From positions 16,678,001-16,742,000 of the forward strand of contig OZ287758.1 in assembly GCA_965649765.1 (NCBI GenBank): a stretch of DNA of 64,000 bases. Reading direction: 5' to 3'. A program made the translations under genes and the position numbers. The notes under the pieces are model-generated. The model worked only from the letters and a program-made list of their open reading frames with translations. It searched no databases and was not told where the DNA came from. Position 1 is the stretch's first letter, and the number at the start of each line of letters is the position of its first letter. Of this stretch, positions 63,485 to 64,000 are shown one piece after another. This DNA comes from Bispira polyomma (taxonomy: Eukaryota).

Positions 63485-64000
63485 TGTTACATATAAGGAC
63501 ATTGTGGTATGTTAAAGCACTCTGCTAGAGTGATCTATTTATAGATTTGGGGAAACCCCTAAGCTTCTAGAAGCTGTTTCTATTTTGTTTCTGTTGTGTG
63601 TTCAAATGTATATCTCATCTCTGGAATGTTCTAGCGATTGCTTACATATTCTAGAGCCTTCTCTAGTAGTTGTATATATAAGGGTTGACAGCCTGGCCAC
63701 AGACCAGAGTTTATTGACTTGATGTGCTACATGGACTGCTATACTGTACTGCTATACTGTGAAACATTTTATTTCTTTTCCTGTGGATATAAACTGATTA
63801 CTATATATGTTTTTATGGTGAACTCATTGGAGTGAACTAGATAAAAGTTGTGGATCTACCAGAGATTGGATTTACTGCATATTGGATATTTTTGCATCCT
63901 GGACTGGATAGCTTAGTTGTGCAGACTCTCTGGATATATACATTTTGTGTTCGTGGACACCAAACGGATAACAGGATACAAGCATTGTGTGGACACTGAG
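63485..64000 (+). mobile_element. Probable LTR inserted into the DIRS RNase H region, truncated by the window edge
   Basis: RNase H similarity stops abruptly at TGTTAC (63485). Repeated tctag(a) motifs follow, then a TATA-like tatatataaggg near 63673 and a GGA/T-rich tract. The 3' CA end and TSD are not visible. Confidence 0.5.

Overview
AT-rich eukaryotic (metazoan) genomic DNA. The SINE, MITE and DIRS/Ngaro repeat content suggests a marine invertebrate, probably a lophotrochozoan or mollusc, but that is inference. Nearly all ORFs in the supplied track are noise. I can assemble one convincing protein-coding gene on the + strand from four coding exons: 32589-32682, 43801-43883, 46178-46381 and 47141-47833. 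All three introns are GT-AG with matching phases 1, 0, 0, and the product is 357 aa. It is an ionotropic glutamate receptor (AMPA/kainate-like) ligand-binding domain without a channel. A signal peptide leads straight into S1, so there is no amino-terminal domain. S1 is fused to S2 inside one exon by a ~5-residue linker, so M1/M2/M3 are absent. The protein ends in a Ser/Thr/Gly spacer and a terminal hydrophobic stretch resembling a GPI-anchor signal. The alpha-carboxylate Arg is kept but the other glutamate-contacting residues are replaced by hydrophobic ones or Pro. It is therefore a candidate natural 'S1S2' binding/decoy protein, conceptually the iGluR counterpart of molluscan AChBP. The rest of the window is intron/intergenic DNA: several tRNA-derived SINE families, Kolobok-, Harbinger- and Helentron-like non-autonomous elements, L2 remnants, minisatellites, two local duplications, and at the right end a decayed DIRS/Ngaro-type retrotransposon interrupted by a probable LTR.
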